64,000 nt of DNA, taken from assembly GCA_028715905.1 (NCBI GenBank), contig JAQUQV010000001.1, forward strand, positions 7,216 through 71,215. Direction: 5' to 3'. The notes beneath the pieces were generated by a model that saw nothing but the letters and a program-made list of their open reading frames with translations, was not told the DNA's origin and did not search any database. Shown here in pieces: positions 1 to 9,003 of this stretch (its first letter is position 1; each line of letters begins with the position of its first letter). Position numbers and translations under genes: made by a program. Source of the stretch: Kiritimatiellia bacterium (GTDB lineage Bacteria; Verrucomicrobiota; Kiritimatiellia; JAAZAB01).

Positions 1-87
1 AATTAAAAAACAATTCTAAAACGGATTCGTCTCGGTTGCCGGAGCGGAACCTGCGCCGCCGGCAATGACGGCCTAAAGACGAAACAA

Positions 88-771
88 TCATACGCTTTCT
101 GCCCTTTCCGCACACGCGCAATTGTCCGCCATAACGCCGCGGCTTTGCCGCCGCTCAATCCATTTGATTATCCGCGCGGCAATTTTTGTCTTCGCCATCA
201 GCGGCAATTGCGTTTCTTCCCCGCCGGCAGAAAACAAGACCACCCGGTTGGTTTCGGCTTCAAAGCCGGAATCCGGCCGGCCGACATCGTTGGCGACGAT
301 CATGTCCAGTTTTTTCTCCCGCAATTTGCGCAGGGCTTCCGTGCGCAAACGGCCGGTTTCCGCCGCAAAGCCGACAAAAATTCTCCTTCCCTTCCGGGGG
401 GCGACCGCCTTGAGAATATCCGGGTTGGGTTTGAGCCGGAGCAAGGCGCCCTCCCCCGTTTTTTTGATTTTCATCCTTGCGCAAACGGCCGGCCGCCAGT
501 CGGCCACCGCCGCCGTCATGACCAGGGCGTCGCACCACGGCAGGCGGGATCGGACGTCCGCAAGCATTTCGCGCGCGGTAACGACTTTGCGGAGTTTTAC
601 GCCGGCCGGCGGCGCAATCGCAACCGGCCCGGAAATTAAAACCACGGAATGTCCGCGCCGGAGCGCGGCCGCGGCGACAGCGTATCCCATTTTGCCGCTG
701 GAACGGTTGCCGATAAAGCGCACCGGATCAATCGGCTCGCGCGTCGGCCCGGCGGTGACGATAATTTTCAT
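88..771 (-). CDS. coaB: phosphopantothenate--cysteine ligase (stand-alone CoaB)
   Basis: 227-aa ORF. The N-terminus MKIIVTAGPTREPIDPVRFIGNRSSGKMG matches the CoaB / Dfp C-terminal domain signature. An SD-like GGGAGA lies about 9 nt upstream of the ATG at 771. Confidence 0.85.
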   Translation of the reverse strand: MKIIVTAGPTREPIDPVRFIGNRSSGKMGYAVAAAALRRGHSVVLISGPVAIAPPAGVKLRKVVTAREMLADVRSRLPWCDALVMTAAVADWRPAVCARMKIKKTGEGALLRLKPNPDILKAVAPRKGRRIFVGFAAETGRLRTEALRKLREKKLDMIVANDVGRPDSGFEAETNRVVLFSAGGEETQLPLMAKTKIAARIIKWIERRQSRGVMADNCACAERAESV

Positions 772-854
772 AAATCATATCTCCCGCCAAGGGCGCAAAC
801 AATCAAATGTCATTTTAGCGGCGAACATTGCGTTTTTGCGGAAACAATATTTTC

Positions 855-1131
855 GTAACCCCTCAGAACGTGTGAAATAATTAAAACATCGCGCTGGCGG
901 GGCAGCGCTCCTACGAAAAAGGCCATAATAGCTGAGGAAATGTAGGAGCCGAGCCCCGTCTCGGCGATTTTTGCCAATTCTTTCACACTTTCTCAGTTAT
1001 GTGGGTGGATGGCAATTCAATTGGCCAGTCTTCGTAGGGGCCGCGCTTGTCGCGCGCCCGTCTTTATTGAAGAGGACTTCGCAAGCGAAGCCCCTACGTT
1101 TTCTCTCTCCCCCTCAAAACTGAGGCCTTAC
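855..1131. mobile_element. MITE copy A (147-bp element interrupted by a nested 125-bp element)
   Basis: 855-866 plus 997-1131 is 146/147 identical to 30075-30221. The termini are GTAACCCCTCAGTT and AACTGAGGCCTTAC (12/14 TIR). It is flanked by an 8-bp direct duplication ATATTTTC (847-854 and 1132-1139). Confidence 0.85.
867..991. mobile_element. nested second MITE inside copy A
   Basis: This segment is absent from copy B. The ends are AACGTGTGAAATAATT and, reverse-complemented, AAGTGTGAAAGAATT. It is flanked by CTCAG at 862-866 and 992-996. It carries two GTAGGAGC-hairpin-GCGAT units in inverted orientation (888-914 reverse, 942-968 forward). Confidence 0.7.
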
Positions 1132-1666
1132 ATATTTTCTCAACCGCCGCCATGATTGTTTCCAGCGCGGCAAGCCGGCCGGCGCCAGTCCAGCCGCAGG
1201 CGAGCGGGCCGCTTTCAGGATTCATAATTATGGCTCCGCGCCTCTTGAGAAGACGGAGGTTATCCTGCGTGGCGGGGTGCCGCCACATGTTTTCATTCAT
1301 GGCCGGCGCAATTACAAGGGGCGCCCGGCAGGCCAAAACCGCCGCGGTCATGGCGTCATCCGCCAGGCCATGCGCCATTTTCGCGATAACGTTTGCCGTG
1401 CAGGGGGCAACCACCAGAATATCGGCCCACTCCGCCAGCGAAACGTGGGAAGGATTCCATTGTTCCTTCCTTTCAAATTCGTCAATTAACACCGGGTTCT
1501 GGGAAAGCGTCTGGAAGGTCAACTCGCCGACAAACCGAGTTGCCGGCTTGGTCATAACCACGGAAACGAGCCAGCCTTTTTTTTTCATCAGCCGCACAAG
1601 TTCTGCGGCTTTATAGGCCGCAATTGACCCGGTTACGCCCAGCAATATTTTAGGTTGTTTTGACAT
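1094..1666 (-). CDS. coaC: phosphopantothenoylcysteine decarboxylase (stand-alone CoaC flavoprotein)
   Basis: The ORF runs 1094..1687. I moved the start to ATG 1666 (MSKQPKILLGVTGSIAAYKA, typical CoaC/Dfp N-terminal domain), which has a GAAGGGG SD 4-5 nt upstream. The last 12 codons and the TAG stop are supplied by the MITE. Confidence 0.85.
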   Translation of the reverse strand: MSKQPKILLGVTGSIAAYKAAELVRLMKKKGWLVSVVMTKPATRFVGELTFQTLSQNPVLIDEFERKEQWNPSHVSLAEWADILVVAPCTANVIAKMAHGLADDAMTAAVLACRAPLVIAPAMNENMWRHPATQDNLRLLKRRGAIIMNPESGPLACGWTGAGRLAALETIMAAVEKICKASVLRGREKT

Positions 1667-2196
1667 AATCCCCTTCCCGGCCGGCATGCAAACATGCCGT
1701 TTTTTTACGTATATTTAGCAATCCGCAGAAAAGAATCGACAGGATTACAGGATGCTTTTTTATCCTGTAAATCCACTATTCCTCAGTTGGTCAACTGCCT
1801 GACTTTTCTTTTTACCTCAACTTTGGCAACCCCAAAGTTGATTAAGGCGCTCTTTATATTCCATCACTTTGGCTTTCTGGCCAAAAGATTAACACGATAA
1901 TCCCGTTATCCTGTCAACTCTTCTGCAGATGGCTTAATGGTTACCATTGAACGAAAAGCCCCCCCCCGGCGGAGACGCTCCGGCGATCCATCACCCGGCA
2001 AGTGAAGGAAACAGAATATGTAAAAGTATGAAGGCAGTGCGGAAATAAATCAAGCGGAAACGGCAATTGACAAGGGCTGTGTGTTACCCCTGGGGGTAGC
2101 CTTGCCCCATCACTTTCGGTGTTTTTTACTTTCCGTGTTTTTTTGCGAGCTTGCCTGATTCTGCTAAACCAACCCCGTCCTGTCCGCCGTTTTGCC

Positions 2197-3015
2197 TCAA
2201 GGGCGCTTGAGGATCAAACGTTTTCCATAGCCGCAAACGAGAGTTTTTAACGATGGATATTTCACGCGCATATAATCCACGAACAATTGCGGGTCTTCCC
2301 TGTTCCCGGCGAACATGTCAAAATGCGCAGGGATCGTCAGATGCGGCGCCACTGCCCCGGCCAGGTCAGCCGCTTCCTGATAAGTCATGTTTCCGATGCA
2401 GTTGGATGACAGCCGTTTCGCATCCCGGCCGTTGATCGGGAGAAAGATAACATTGAATTGCCACCGGCGTAATTTGGTTTCCAGGCCTTCGTAGCGGCAA
2501 GTGTCGCCGGCATGATAAACAGCCAGACCGTCCCGTTCAACAATGTATCCAAGATATGGATAACGCCCGGTGCGGGGATCGCGGTCAAGAAATTCATGCG
2601 CCGCCGCTATGCCCGATATTTTCACGCCGCCGGTCTCAACGCTCCGGTTATCATCCAACCCGACAAACCGATTGGCCGGGATTTTCAAATCGCGCGCCAG
2701 GGAACGCAACAGCAGTTCGGGGACCACAAATTTTGCTTGCGGCGACGACTTCGCCAAAAGCGGCCAAATTCCGCGGTCAATATGGTCCGCATGGTCATGA
2801 CTGCCGAAAATCAAATCGGCGTTGGTTATAACATCGGGCTTGAGAAGCGGTTTTATCCTGCGCCCCTTAAGCGGCGACAAAAAAAGGTCAAAGCACAGGT
2901 TTTTTTTGCCCAGCTTGACGATAAACCCATGCTGGCCCAGCCACCATACGGCGCATTCGCCTTTCTTCAACCGGCATTCATCAACGTCTCCAACCAGCGC
3001 TTTTCCTGTTTTCAT
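2197..3015 (-). CDS. MBL-fold metallo-hydrolase, UlaG-like lactonase
   Basis: 272-aa ORF with an HDHADH (HxHxDH) motif and a WWLGQHGF N-terminal region like UlaG. It overlaps the upstream ADH gene by 4 nt. Confidence 0.75.
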   Translation of the reverse strand: MKTGKALVGDVDECRLKKGECAVWWLGQHGFIVKLGKKNLCFDLFLSPLKGRRIKPLLKPDVITNADLIFGSHDHADHIDRGIWPLLAKSSPQAKFVVPELLLRSLARDLKIPANRFVGLDDNRSVETGGVKISGIAAAHEFLDRDPRTGRYPYLGYIVERDGLAVYHAGDTCRYEGLETKLRRWQFNVIFLPINGRDAKRLSSNCIGNMTYQEAADLAGAVAPHLTIPAHFDMFAGNREDPQLFVDYMRVKYPSLKTLVCGYGKRLILKRP

Positions 3016-3986
3016 CTATCCCTGCGTAATATGACCTTGATAAGACCGCGGTTGTGCTTCAGGGCGTCAAACGCGGCGGCAAATTGTCCGGCCGGATATT
3101 CCGCGCTGATCAATTCCGATAAACTTTTCTGGACGGCCAGCGCGGTCCGGACGGCTTCGGGCCAGGCCTGGGCGCTGGCATTGCTGCCGATCAATTCAAG
3201 CTCATTTATGAGCAGATGATTCCAGATGAAATCCGTCCGCGCCTTTTTATAGTCGCCGACAAACAATACCCGGGCCATTCCGGAGGCCAATTCAACCGCC
3301 ATGTTCGCGGCCGCCGCGGAACCGCTGGCTTCAATTATGTTCGGGAAAGACATTCCCAACGCTTTCCTGACCACCCCGGTCCCGCCATCACGGAAGTGAT
3401 GATAATTCAACGTGCGTTCCGCCCCCAGCCGGGCCGCCAAGGCCAGCCGATTTTCACGCCCCCCCGTTACGGTAACGCCGCAAACCCCGGCGCGCTTCAG
3501 CAAGATTGTCAGCAACAACCCGAGCGGCCCGTCGCCAATGACCAGGGCCGAACTTTTATCCGTTAAGCGGAAACGCCGCAATGCCCGGGTGGCCACGGCC
3601 AGCGGCTCGATCAACGCGGCCGCTGCCATCGGAAAATCATCCGGCAGAAAATGAAGCTTGTCTGTTTCCGTAAGAAAATATCCGGCATATCCGCCCGGAT
3701 GCTCAAATCCAACTTCGCCGCCGTCATGCAAAACGTTTTCGCCGACGCAGTGTCTTCCGATTATGGCTTGGTCGCCGCCTTGGCCGACAGCATCCACGAT
3801 CCCGGACCATTCATGCCCGGGAATGGCGGGAAAAGATGTCCTTTCCCAGCCGGCAATCATTTCCAAGTCCGTGGCGCAAATACCGCAGGCCATGGTCCTG
3901 ATTCTGGCCTGCCCCGGCGCCGGAACCGGCATGGGCAGGTCTTTTAATTTCAATTTATCGGGAGCGGTAACGACAATGGCTTTCAT
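3012..3986 (-). CDS. zinc-dependent alcohol/polyol dehydrogenase (MDR family)
   Basis: 324 aa. It has the CGICATD and PGHEWSG catalytic-zinc motifs and a Rossmann GDGPLG. Confidence 0.8.
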   Translation of the reverse strand: MKAIVVTAPDKLKLKDLPMPVPAPGQARIRTMACGICATDLEMIAGWERTSFPAIPGHEWSGIVDAVGQGGDQAIIGRHCVGENVLHDGGEVGFEHPGGYAGYFLTETDKLHFLPDDFPMAAAALIEPLAVATRALRRFRLTDKSSALVIGDGPLGLLLTILLKRAGVCGVTVTGGRENRLALAARLGAERTLNYHHFRDGGTGVVRKALGMSFPNIIEASGSAAAANMAVELASGMARVLFVGDYKKARTDFIWNHLLINELELIGSNASAQAWPEAVRTALAVQKSLSELISAEYPAGQFAAAFDALKHNRGLIKVILRRDR

Positions 3987-5014
3987 GGCATGATAATTAT
4001 TTTATTGCGTTCCGGAGTTCCCATAATTTCAACGGCCTTGTGAATATCGCGGAGGGCGATCCGGTGGGAAATAATTTTTTCGGGGTCCACCAGGCCGGTT
4101 TCCATCAGGCGCAATGCTTTTGACATGGCCAGGGGCGTGGTGCCGAAACTGGCGTCCATGCGGCCTTCCAGAAAATGGGTCAGCCCGCCGTCCAATTCAA
4201 ATTTTTCGTGGGTGGTGATGCCGAAGACATTCCAGCGCGTGCCGCGGCGCCTGAGATCCACCATCAGTTTTACGGCGGCAATGGGCCCTGCGGCCTCCAC
4301 GATCAAGTCCGGGCCATTCGGAATAATCTCATAAACGCGCTTTTTCGGATCTTCTTTTTTCAGATTCACCACATGGGTGGCGCCCAGTTTTCTGGCGTTT
4401 CCGAGCGCATAATCGCTGGTGTCAACGGCAATCAGCCGTCCCGCCCCCGCCGCCTTGGCCACCATCATGCACAACAAGCCGATGCTCCCGACCCCGATAA
4501 CCACCACGTCGTCGCCGATCTCCATTTCACTGTATTGAATAACCCCCTTCCAGGCGCCGGACAACGGCTCGGTTATGGCGGCCGCTTCAAATGAGACATT
4601 GGCCGGCTTCCGGAAAATGCTTGATGCGGCCGTCTTCATATATTCGGCAAAAGCCCCGGGGCGGACGTCTTGCGTGCCGTCGCCCCCGGTCGTGAAAGCG
4701 CTTTTACAATAATGGGGCTTTCCTTCCCGGCAATATTTGCAATACCCGCAGAACCCCGAAGGCATGACCACGACTTCATCGCCCTCCCGAACGTGCTTGA
4801 CAGAGCGGCCCGCCGCGCTCACTATTCCGGCCGGCTCATGCCCCACAATACACGGAAAATTAACGTTTTTACGGATACCCTTGATGGCCTTGTAATCCGT
4901 TGCGCAGAATCCGCATGCTTTTATTCTTACCACCACCTCGTCGGGAGCGGGGACGGGCACAGGCACATCTTCCAGTCTCAAATCGTTGAAATCATGCAAT
5001 ACTGCCGCTATCAT
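3983..5014 (-). CDS. zinc-dependent alcohol/polyol dehydrogenase (MDR family)
   Basis: 343 aa. It has CGFCATD and GHEPAG motifs, a structural-zinc cluster CGYCKYCREGKPHYC, and GVGSIG. Confidence 0.8.
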   Translation of the reverse strand: MIAAVLHDFNDLRLEDVPVPVPAPDEVVVRIKACGFCATDYKAIKGIRKNVNFPCIVGHEPAGIVSAAGRSVKHVREGDEVVVMPSGFCGYCKYCREGKPHYCKSAFTTGGDGTQDVRPGAFAEYMKTAASSIFRKPANVSFEAAAITEPLSGAWKGVIQYSEMEIGDDVVVIGVGSIGLLCMMVAKAAGAGRLIAVDTSDYALGNARKLGATHVVNLKKEDPKKRVYEIIPNGPDLIVEAAGPIAAVKLMVDLRRRGTRWNVFGITTHEKFELDGGLTHFLEGRMDASFGTTPLAMSKALRLMETGLVDPEKIISHRIALRDIHKAVEIMGTPERNKIIIMP

Positions 5015-5110
5015 ATTTTTCCTTTCTGTTTTAATTTGTTTGAGGTAATTTCAAAACTGTTTCTCGCCAAGAGCCAGGCCGGTAATCCCCCAAATTCCCA
5101 TTCGGAACAC

Positions 5111-6100
5111 TCAGCTTGTCCGGCCTTTGTGCAAAGCAACCGGTATTAATCCAGAAACTGGTCTGTCGTCTGCATGTTGAATTAATTTTAACATCTTCTG
5201 CCAAGCCGTCTGGGCCAATTTATGCCAATCAAAAATCACCGTTGTGATTCCGGCCAGCAAGGCCGCCTCCTCTCCGTCAAATCCGGCCAAACGCACGTCT
5301 TCCGGCATTCTGACGCCCAAGCGTTTGAAGCGGTGCCATAACTGAAGCGCCCCATGGTCATTCGCGCAAAAAACCGCCCCGCTTCCCCCGACCGCAAATT
5401 TTCTCAGAGCATCATCATCCAATTCCGTGATCATGCGGCGTTGAAGAGACGTTTTCGGTTTCTGCCGGAGCCATTCCCGTTCAGCCCCTTTCATACGCGC
5501 CACATGTCCCAGGTGGTTTGCCTCCACCCCAATCAGCAGAAAGCGTGCTGCTTTCAATCCGATAAAATGGCGCGCAATTTCGGTGCCGCCGGAAAAGTTG
5601 TCTATGGAAACATGGTTCCCGGAATATCCGGCATATGAAGGATGACTGGGATCTAGAACAATCATGGGCCGTTTGTGTAATATCGGGACTTCGGTGATCA
5701 TCCGGGGCACATCACCCCAGACAAACATGGCTTCCGGCAACATGCTGGATACAGCCCGTTCCGGTGAACCGGCAAGATTTGCGGCCGACAGTATTTGAAA
5801 AACAATCCCCATGGATGTGCATTTTTCCGCAAGAACCTGAATTGTCCTTCCCGCCATTGGATTGGCCAGTGAATTCATCATGGCCGGCAGGACAAGACCG
5901 ACCAGGCGGGGCGAGGAACAACGCAACTGGCGCGCCGCCATGTTTGGCGAATAACAATATTGCCGGGCAAGCTCATGAATGCGACGTTTGGTCGCGGCCG
6001 ATATTTTCGGACTGTTCCGCAAAGCCAGCGAAACGCTGGAAACATCCAGTTCCAGGATTTCGGCCAATTTTTTCAAAGTAATCCGCCCGGGCGGCTTCAT
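5111..6100 (-). CDS. LacI-family transcriptional regulator
   Basis: 329 aa. The N-terminal HTH is ITLKKLAEILELDVSSVSLALRN..ISAATKRRIHELARQYCYSPNMAARQLR, followed by a periplasmic-binding-protein-like sugar-binding core. Confidence 0.85.
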   Translation of the reverse strand: MKPPGRITLKKLAEILELDVSSVSLALRNSPKISAATKRRIHELARQYCYSPNMAARQLRCSSPRLVGLVLPAMMNSLANPMAGRTIQVLAEKCTSMGIVFQILSAANLAGSPERAVSSMLPEAMFVWGDVPRMITEVPILHKRPMIVLDPSHPSYAGYSGNHVSIDNFSGGTEIARHFIGLKAARFLLIGVEANHLGHVARMKGAEREWLRQKPKTSLQRRMITELDDDALRKFAVGGSGAVFCANDHGALQLWHRFKRLGVRMPEDVRLAGFDGEEAALLAGITTVIFDWHKLAQTAWQKMLKLIQHADDRPVSGLIPVALHKGRTS

Positions 6101-6102
6101 AA

Positions 6103-7254
6103 TTAAAACGCCTTTTTTATTTCATCCAGGCTTGCGCCCAACACCGCGCGGCTGACCGGATCCAAATCTTTTTCGGCCCCCTGCAAATGAAACGTGCGAT
6201 GGATGTGTTCGCAGGATGCCCGCGGGGACAGGGCCGCGGCCGGCGAAGACGTTTCCAGCTCATAAAAAGGGCCGAGCGCGCTGGAACCCGGCTTGGCCGG
6301 GCCGTCATTATAGGAATGGACCGTGTCGCCGCAATAAGGCTCTTTTTGTATTTCCCACATTGAATTCACGTAATCCGGCATGCCTCCGGGTTTTGTGTAA
6401 TGAACAATGGTCAAGGCCTGATGCTCCGCGTCATAACTGCCGAGAACCGGCCGGGCGCGGCGGGGCGACAGGCCGATTTTAGAGCGCCGTTGCCCATCGC
6501 CCTTGAAGAACAAAACGTTTTGGCCGAGGCGCAAGCGGTCGGAAGGCACTTTGCCGAAATAGGCGTCGTTGACAAGCGGCCCCAAATTCGTTTCCGGCCC
6601 GGGAATAAAGGGAAGAATAACGGTCGCGGAACGCGCGGGAAACATGCCGACAATCCAAATTGACAACAGGCCGCTTTCTTTGGTCCAGGCCTGGTTGCCC
6701 GTGTTGCTGATTTTGTTGACTGACTGATAGGCAACCGATTTTACGGCGGCCGGCGGTTCCACGCCAAGCAGGCGCAACGCTTCCTCCCTTTCCAACACCT
6801 CTATTTCCCGGTCAGCGCGCAAAGAAAATGACGCGCCGCTGTAATTAACCAACTGAATGTCTTTTGTCATCCGGGCGCGACTGCCGGTCCTGGATAAAAG
6901 CGGGAATGGGTCTGTGTCAATCGGCGCCGGCACAAAGCAATGATCCAGGTCAAAAGGCGCGCCTTTGGCGAAAAAAACAGAGTATTGACCGCCTTCCGGT
7001 CCAAGCCAAAAACGGTCCTCGCCGCCGTAAGCATTGATATGTTCTTCAATTTTTCCAGACGCAATCAACGCGCGGTTAATCCAGCCGAAACTTAACCCAT
7101 GCTCCCCATCCGCAGAACTGGTTAAAACCCGGCCCTGCAATGAAGGCGAAACGACCGCCTGGGCTTTGCCGGCGCTGTCCTTCAAAACAACGGTTTCAAC
7201 GTGATCCCTGAGAAAGGCGAGATCCTCGCCGAATGTTATGTCTTGTGTTTTCAT
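6103..7254 (-). CDS. conserved hypothetical protein of the sugar cluster (function unknown)
   Basis: The long ORF runs 6103..7299. I chose a conservative start at ATG 7254 (MKTQD). I cannot name any motif in it. It is tightly packed between the GH4 and LacI genes on the same strand. Confidence 0.6.
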   Translation of the reverse strand: MKTQDITFGEDLAFLRDHVETVVLKDSAGKAQAVVSPSLQGRVLTSSADGEHGLSFGWINRALIASGKIEEHINAYGGEDRFWLGPEGGQYSVFFAKGAPFDLDHCFVPAPIDTDPFPLLSRTGSRARMTKDIQLVNYSGASFSLRADREIEVLEREEALRLLGVEPPAAVKSVAYQSVNKISNTGNQAWTKESGLLSIWIVGMFPARSATVILPFIPGPETNLGPLVNDAYFGKVPSDRLRLGQNVLFFKGDGQRRSKIGLSPRRARPVLGSYDAEHQALTIVHYTKPGGMPDYVNSMWEIQKEPYCGDTVHSYNDGPAKPGSSALGPFYELETSSPAAALSPRASCEHIHRTFHLQGAEKDLDPVSRAVLGASLDEIKKAF

Positions 7255-7323
7255 GGTTGTGGCACGCTCAATCCGCAGGCAATGCCTGCCTGTTACCAAT
7301 ACATAGAACCTCCTGCCGGACGG

Positions 7324-8652
7324 TCATGCTATCCTTATATTTTTAAATTGCGGCAAATGAGCGCGGTTGTGTACCAGCATTGCCCGGGCCATTTCCTTGA
7401 TTTCCGCCAGCGAAAGAACCGCCGCCGACAGAGGATCATTGGCGAGGGCGTGAAAAACAAGCTGCGGGTCGCCGGTAAGGGCCGCTTCCACCGCCATTTC
7501 TTCAACCGCGATATTGACATTGTTTAAGGCCGCCAACTGCGGCGGGAGCGGCCCGACGTAGGCCGGGTTAAAACCGCGCCGATTGGCGAAGACCGGCACT
7601 TCAACGCAGACGTTCGGCGGAAGGTTCGGAATGATGCCGGTGTTCGGCACATTGCCGTTGAACTCAAAAATCTCGCCGCCCATGCAGGCGTTGATAATGC
7701 TGGAGGCATATTCCAGGCCGCGTTTCAGATCAAGCGGCTTGGGATCATCCAGCCATTTTTTTATTTCCTTTCTCCATGTTGCTTTTCTCCGGCGGTATTC
7801 ATTCAAAGTGAAGGCGTAATGGCCGGGATTCCAGTTGGTACCGTGCGTGCAATATTTTTTAATCAGGCCCGGTCGCTTGCGGAACCACCAGTTGTATTCG
7901 GAATTATGCCCGCTTGACTCGGTAACGTAATAGCCAAGCTGCAGGAACATTTCGTTGCGCACCTGCTCGGCATTGCGGATTTCAGGATTGCGCATGGCAT
8001 TCCGCAACGCGGGATATGCGTCTTTGCCATTGCGCTCAAACTTGATAAACCAGGATTGATGGTTAATCCCGGCGCTGACATAGGTGATTTCATTCATCGG
8101 CGCCCCGATCCAACGCGCCAGCTCGCAGGCCGTTCCCTGCACGCTGTGGCACAGGCCGGTCACTTTGATCTTTGTCTCCCTCTGCATGGCGCGGCAAAGC
8201 ATGGCCATGGGATTGGTGTAGTTAAGAACAATCGCGTTGGGGCATTCCTTTTCCATGTCCCGGCAGATATCAAGCATGACCGGAATCGTGCGCAACGCGC
8301 GGAAAACACCCCCGACCGAACGCGTATCGCCCACGTTCATGTCAATGCCGTATTTCTTTGGTATAAGTATGTCATACTGCCAGACGTCCACGTCTCCCGC
8401 CAAAACCGTGCAAATGACGGCATCCGCCCCTTTTAACGCTTCCCGCCGGCTCATGGTTGCGATGATTTTGGCCGGATATTTTCCTTCCCTGACAATTCTT
8501 TCCACGGCCTGCCTGATAAAGGCAAGGCGCTCCCGGTCAATATCCATCAAAACCAGGGTGGAATCGCCAAGGAGCGGAAAAGTCAGGATATCCTTGACAA
8601 GATTCCGCGTAAACCCGAAACTGCCCGCGCCAATAAATGCAATTTTTGCCAT
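7324..8652 (-). CDS. glycoside hydrolase family 4 (NAD+/Mn2+-dependent alpha-galactosidase/alpha-glucosidase type)
   Basis: 442 aa. It has the [14 protein letters not shown] Rossmann N-terminus and a GH4-like layout (CHSVQGT, NHQSWF). Confidence 0.8.
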   Translation of the reverse strand: MAKIAFIGAGSFGFTRNLVKDILTFPLLGDSTLVLMDIDRERLAFIRQAVERIVREGKYPAKIIATMSRREALKGADAVICTVLAGDVDVWQYDILIPKKYGIDMNVGDTRSVGGVFRALRTIPVMLDICRDMEKECPNAIVLNYTNPMAMLCRAMQRETKIKVTGLCHSVQGTACELARWIGAPMNEITYVSAGINHQSWFIKFERNGKDAYPALRNAMRNPEIRNAEQVRNEMFLQLGYYVTESSGHNSEYNWWFRKRPGLIKKYCTHGTNWNPGHYAFTLNEYRRRKATWRKEIKKWLDDPKPLDLKRGLEYASSIINACMGGEIFEFNGNVPNTGIIPNLPPNVCVEVPVFANRRGFNPAYVGPLPPQLAALNNVNIAVEEMAVEAALTGDPQLVFHALANDPLSAAVLSLAEIKEMARAMLVHNRAHLPQFKNIRIA

Positions 8653-8677
8653 TGTTTGTTTCCTTTCGTTTTATAAT

Positions 8678-8689
8678 TCAATCGTTTGA
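8678..8689. promoter_or_regulatory. candidate LacI-family operator
   Basis: TCAATCGTTTGA is a 12-bp palindrome with one mismatch and a central CG, 26-37 nt upstream of the GH4 start codon. This is only architecture-level similarity to LacI/GalR operators. Confidence 0.3.
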
Positions 8690-9003
8690 CTAAAAGAGAA
8701 AAATAAAAAAGCGAATGTCTCCTGTTATTTAAAGAATATTGATTTCATCCTTAAAAAGCAATCTTTTTTTTTATTTTTTTCTTCATGATAAAGGGTCTTT
8801 CTCCCAGATGTAATCATATTCAAGCCCCATCCGGCTGAATATCTCCTCGCACCGCACCAGCTTATCCACGCCCAAGATCTTGCCTGTTTCGCTTTCCCCG
8901 CCCCAAATTCCAGGTGCAGGTTGACTCGCATGTATCTTGTCTTGTATCCCTTCTTTCTCAGAATGTCCGCCAGGAGGATGCGCAATATGCCCTTTCCGGA
9001 AGG

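Noticed and set aside
772-1093. Idea that the MITE split an ancestral fused coaBC (dfp) gene into coaC and coaB
   Set aside because: Removing the element and one TSD copy restores a coaC frame that still ends at a TAA (815-817), 43 nt before the coaB ATG. The two genes were therefore already separate. The insertion only rewrote the last ~10 codons of coaC and lengthened the spacer.
1694-1900. 68-aa ORF in the coaC upstream spacer
   Set aside because: There is no Shine-Dalgarno and the composition is atypical AT-rich. It is made largely of hairpin arms and has no recognisable motif.
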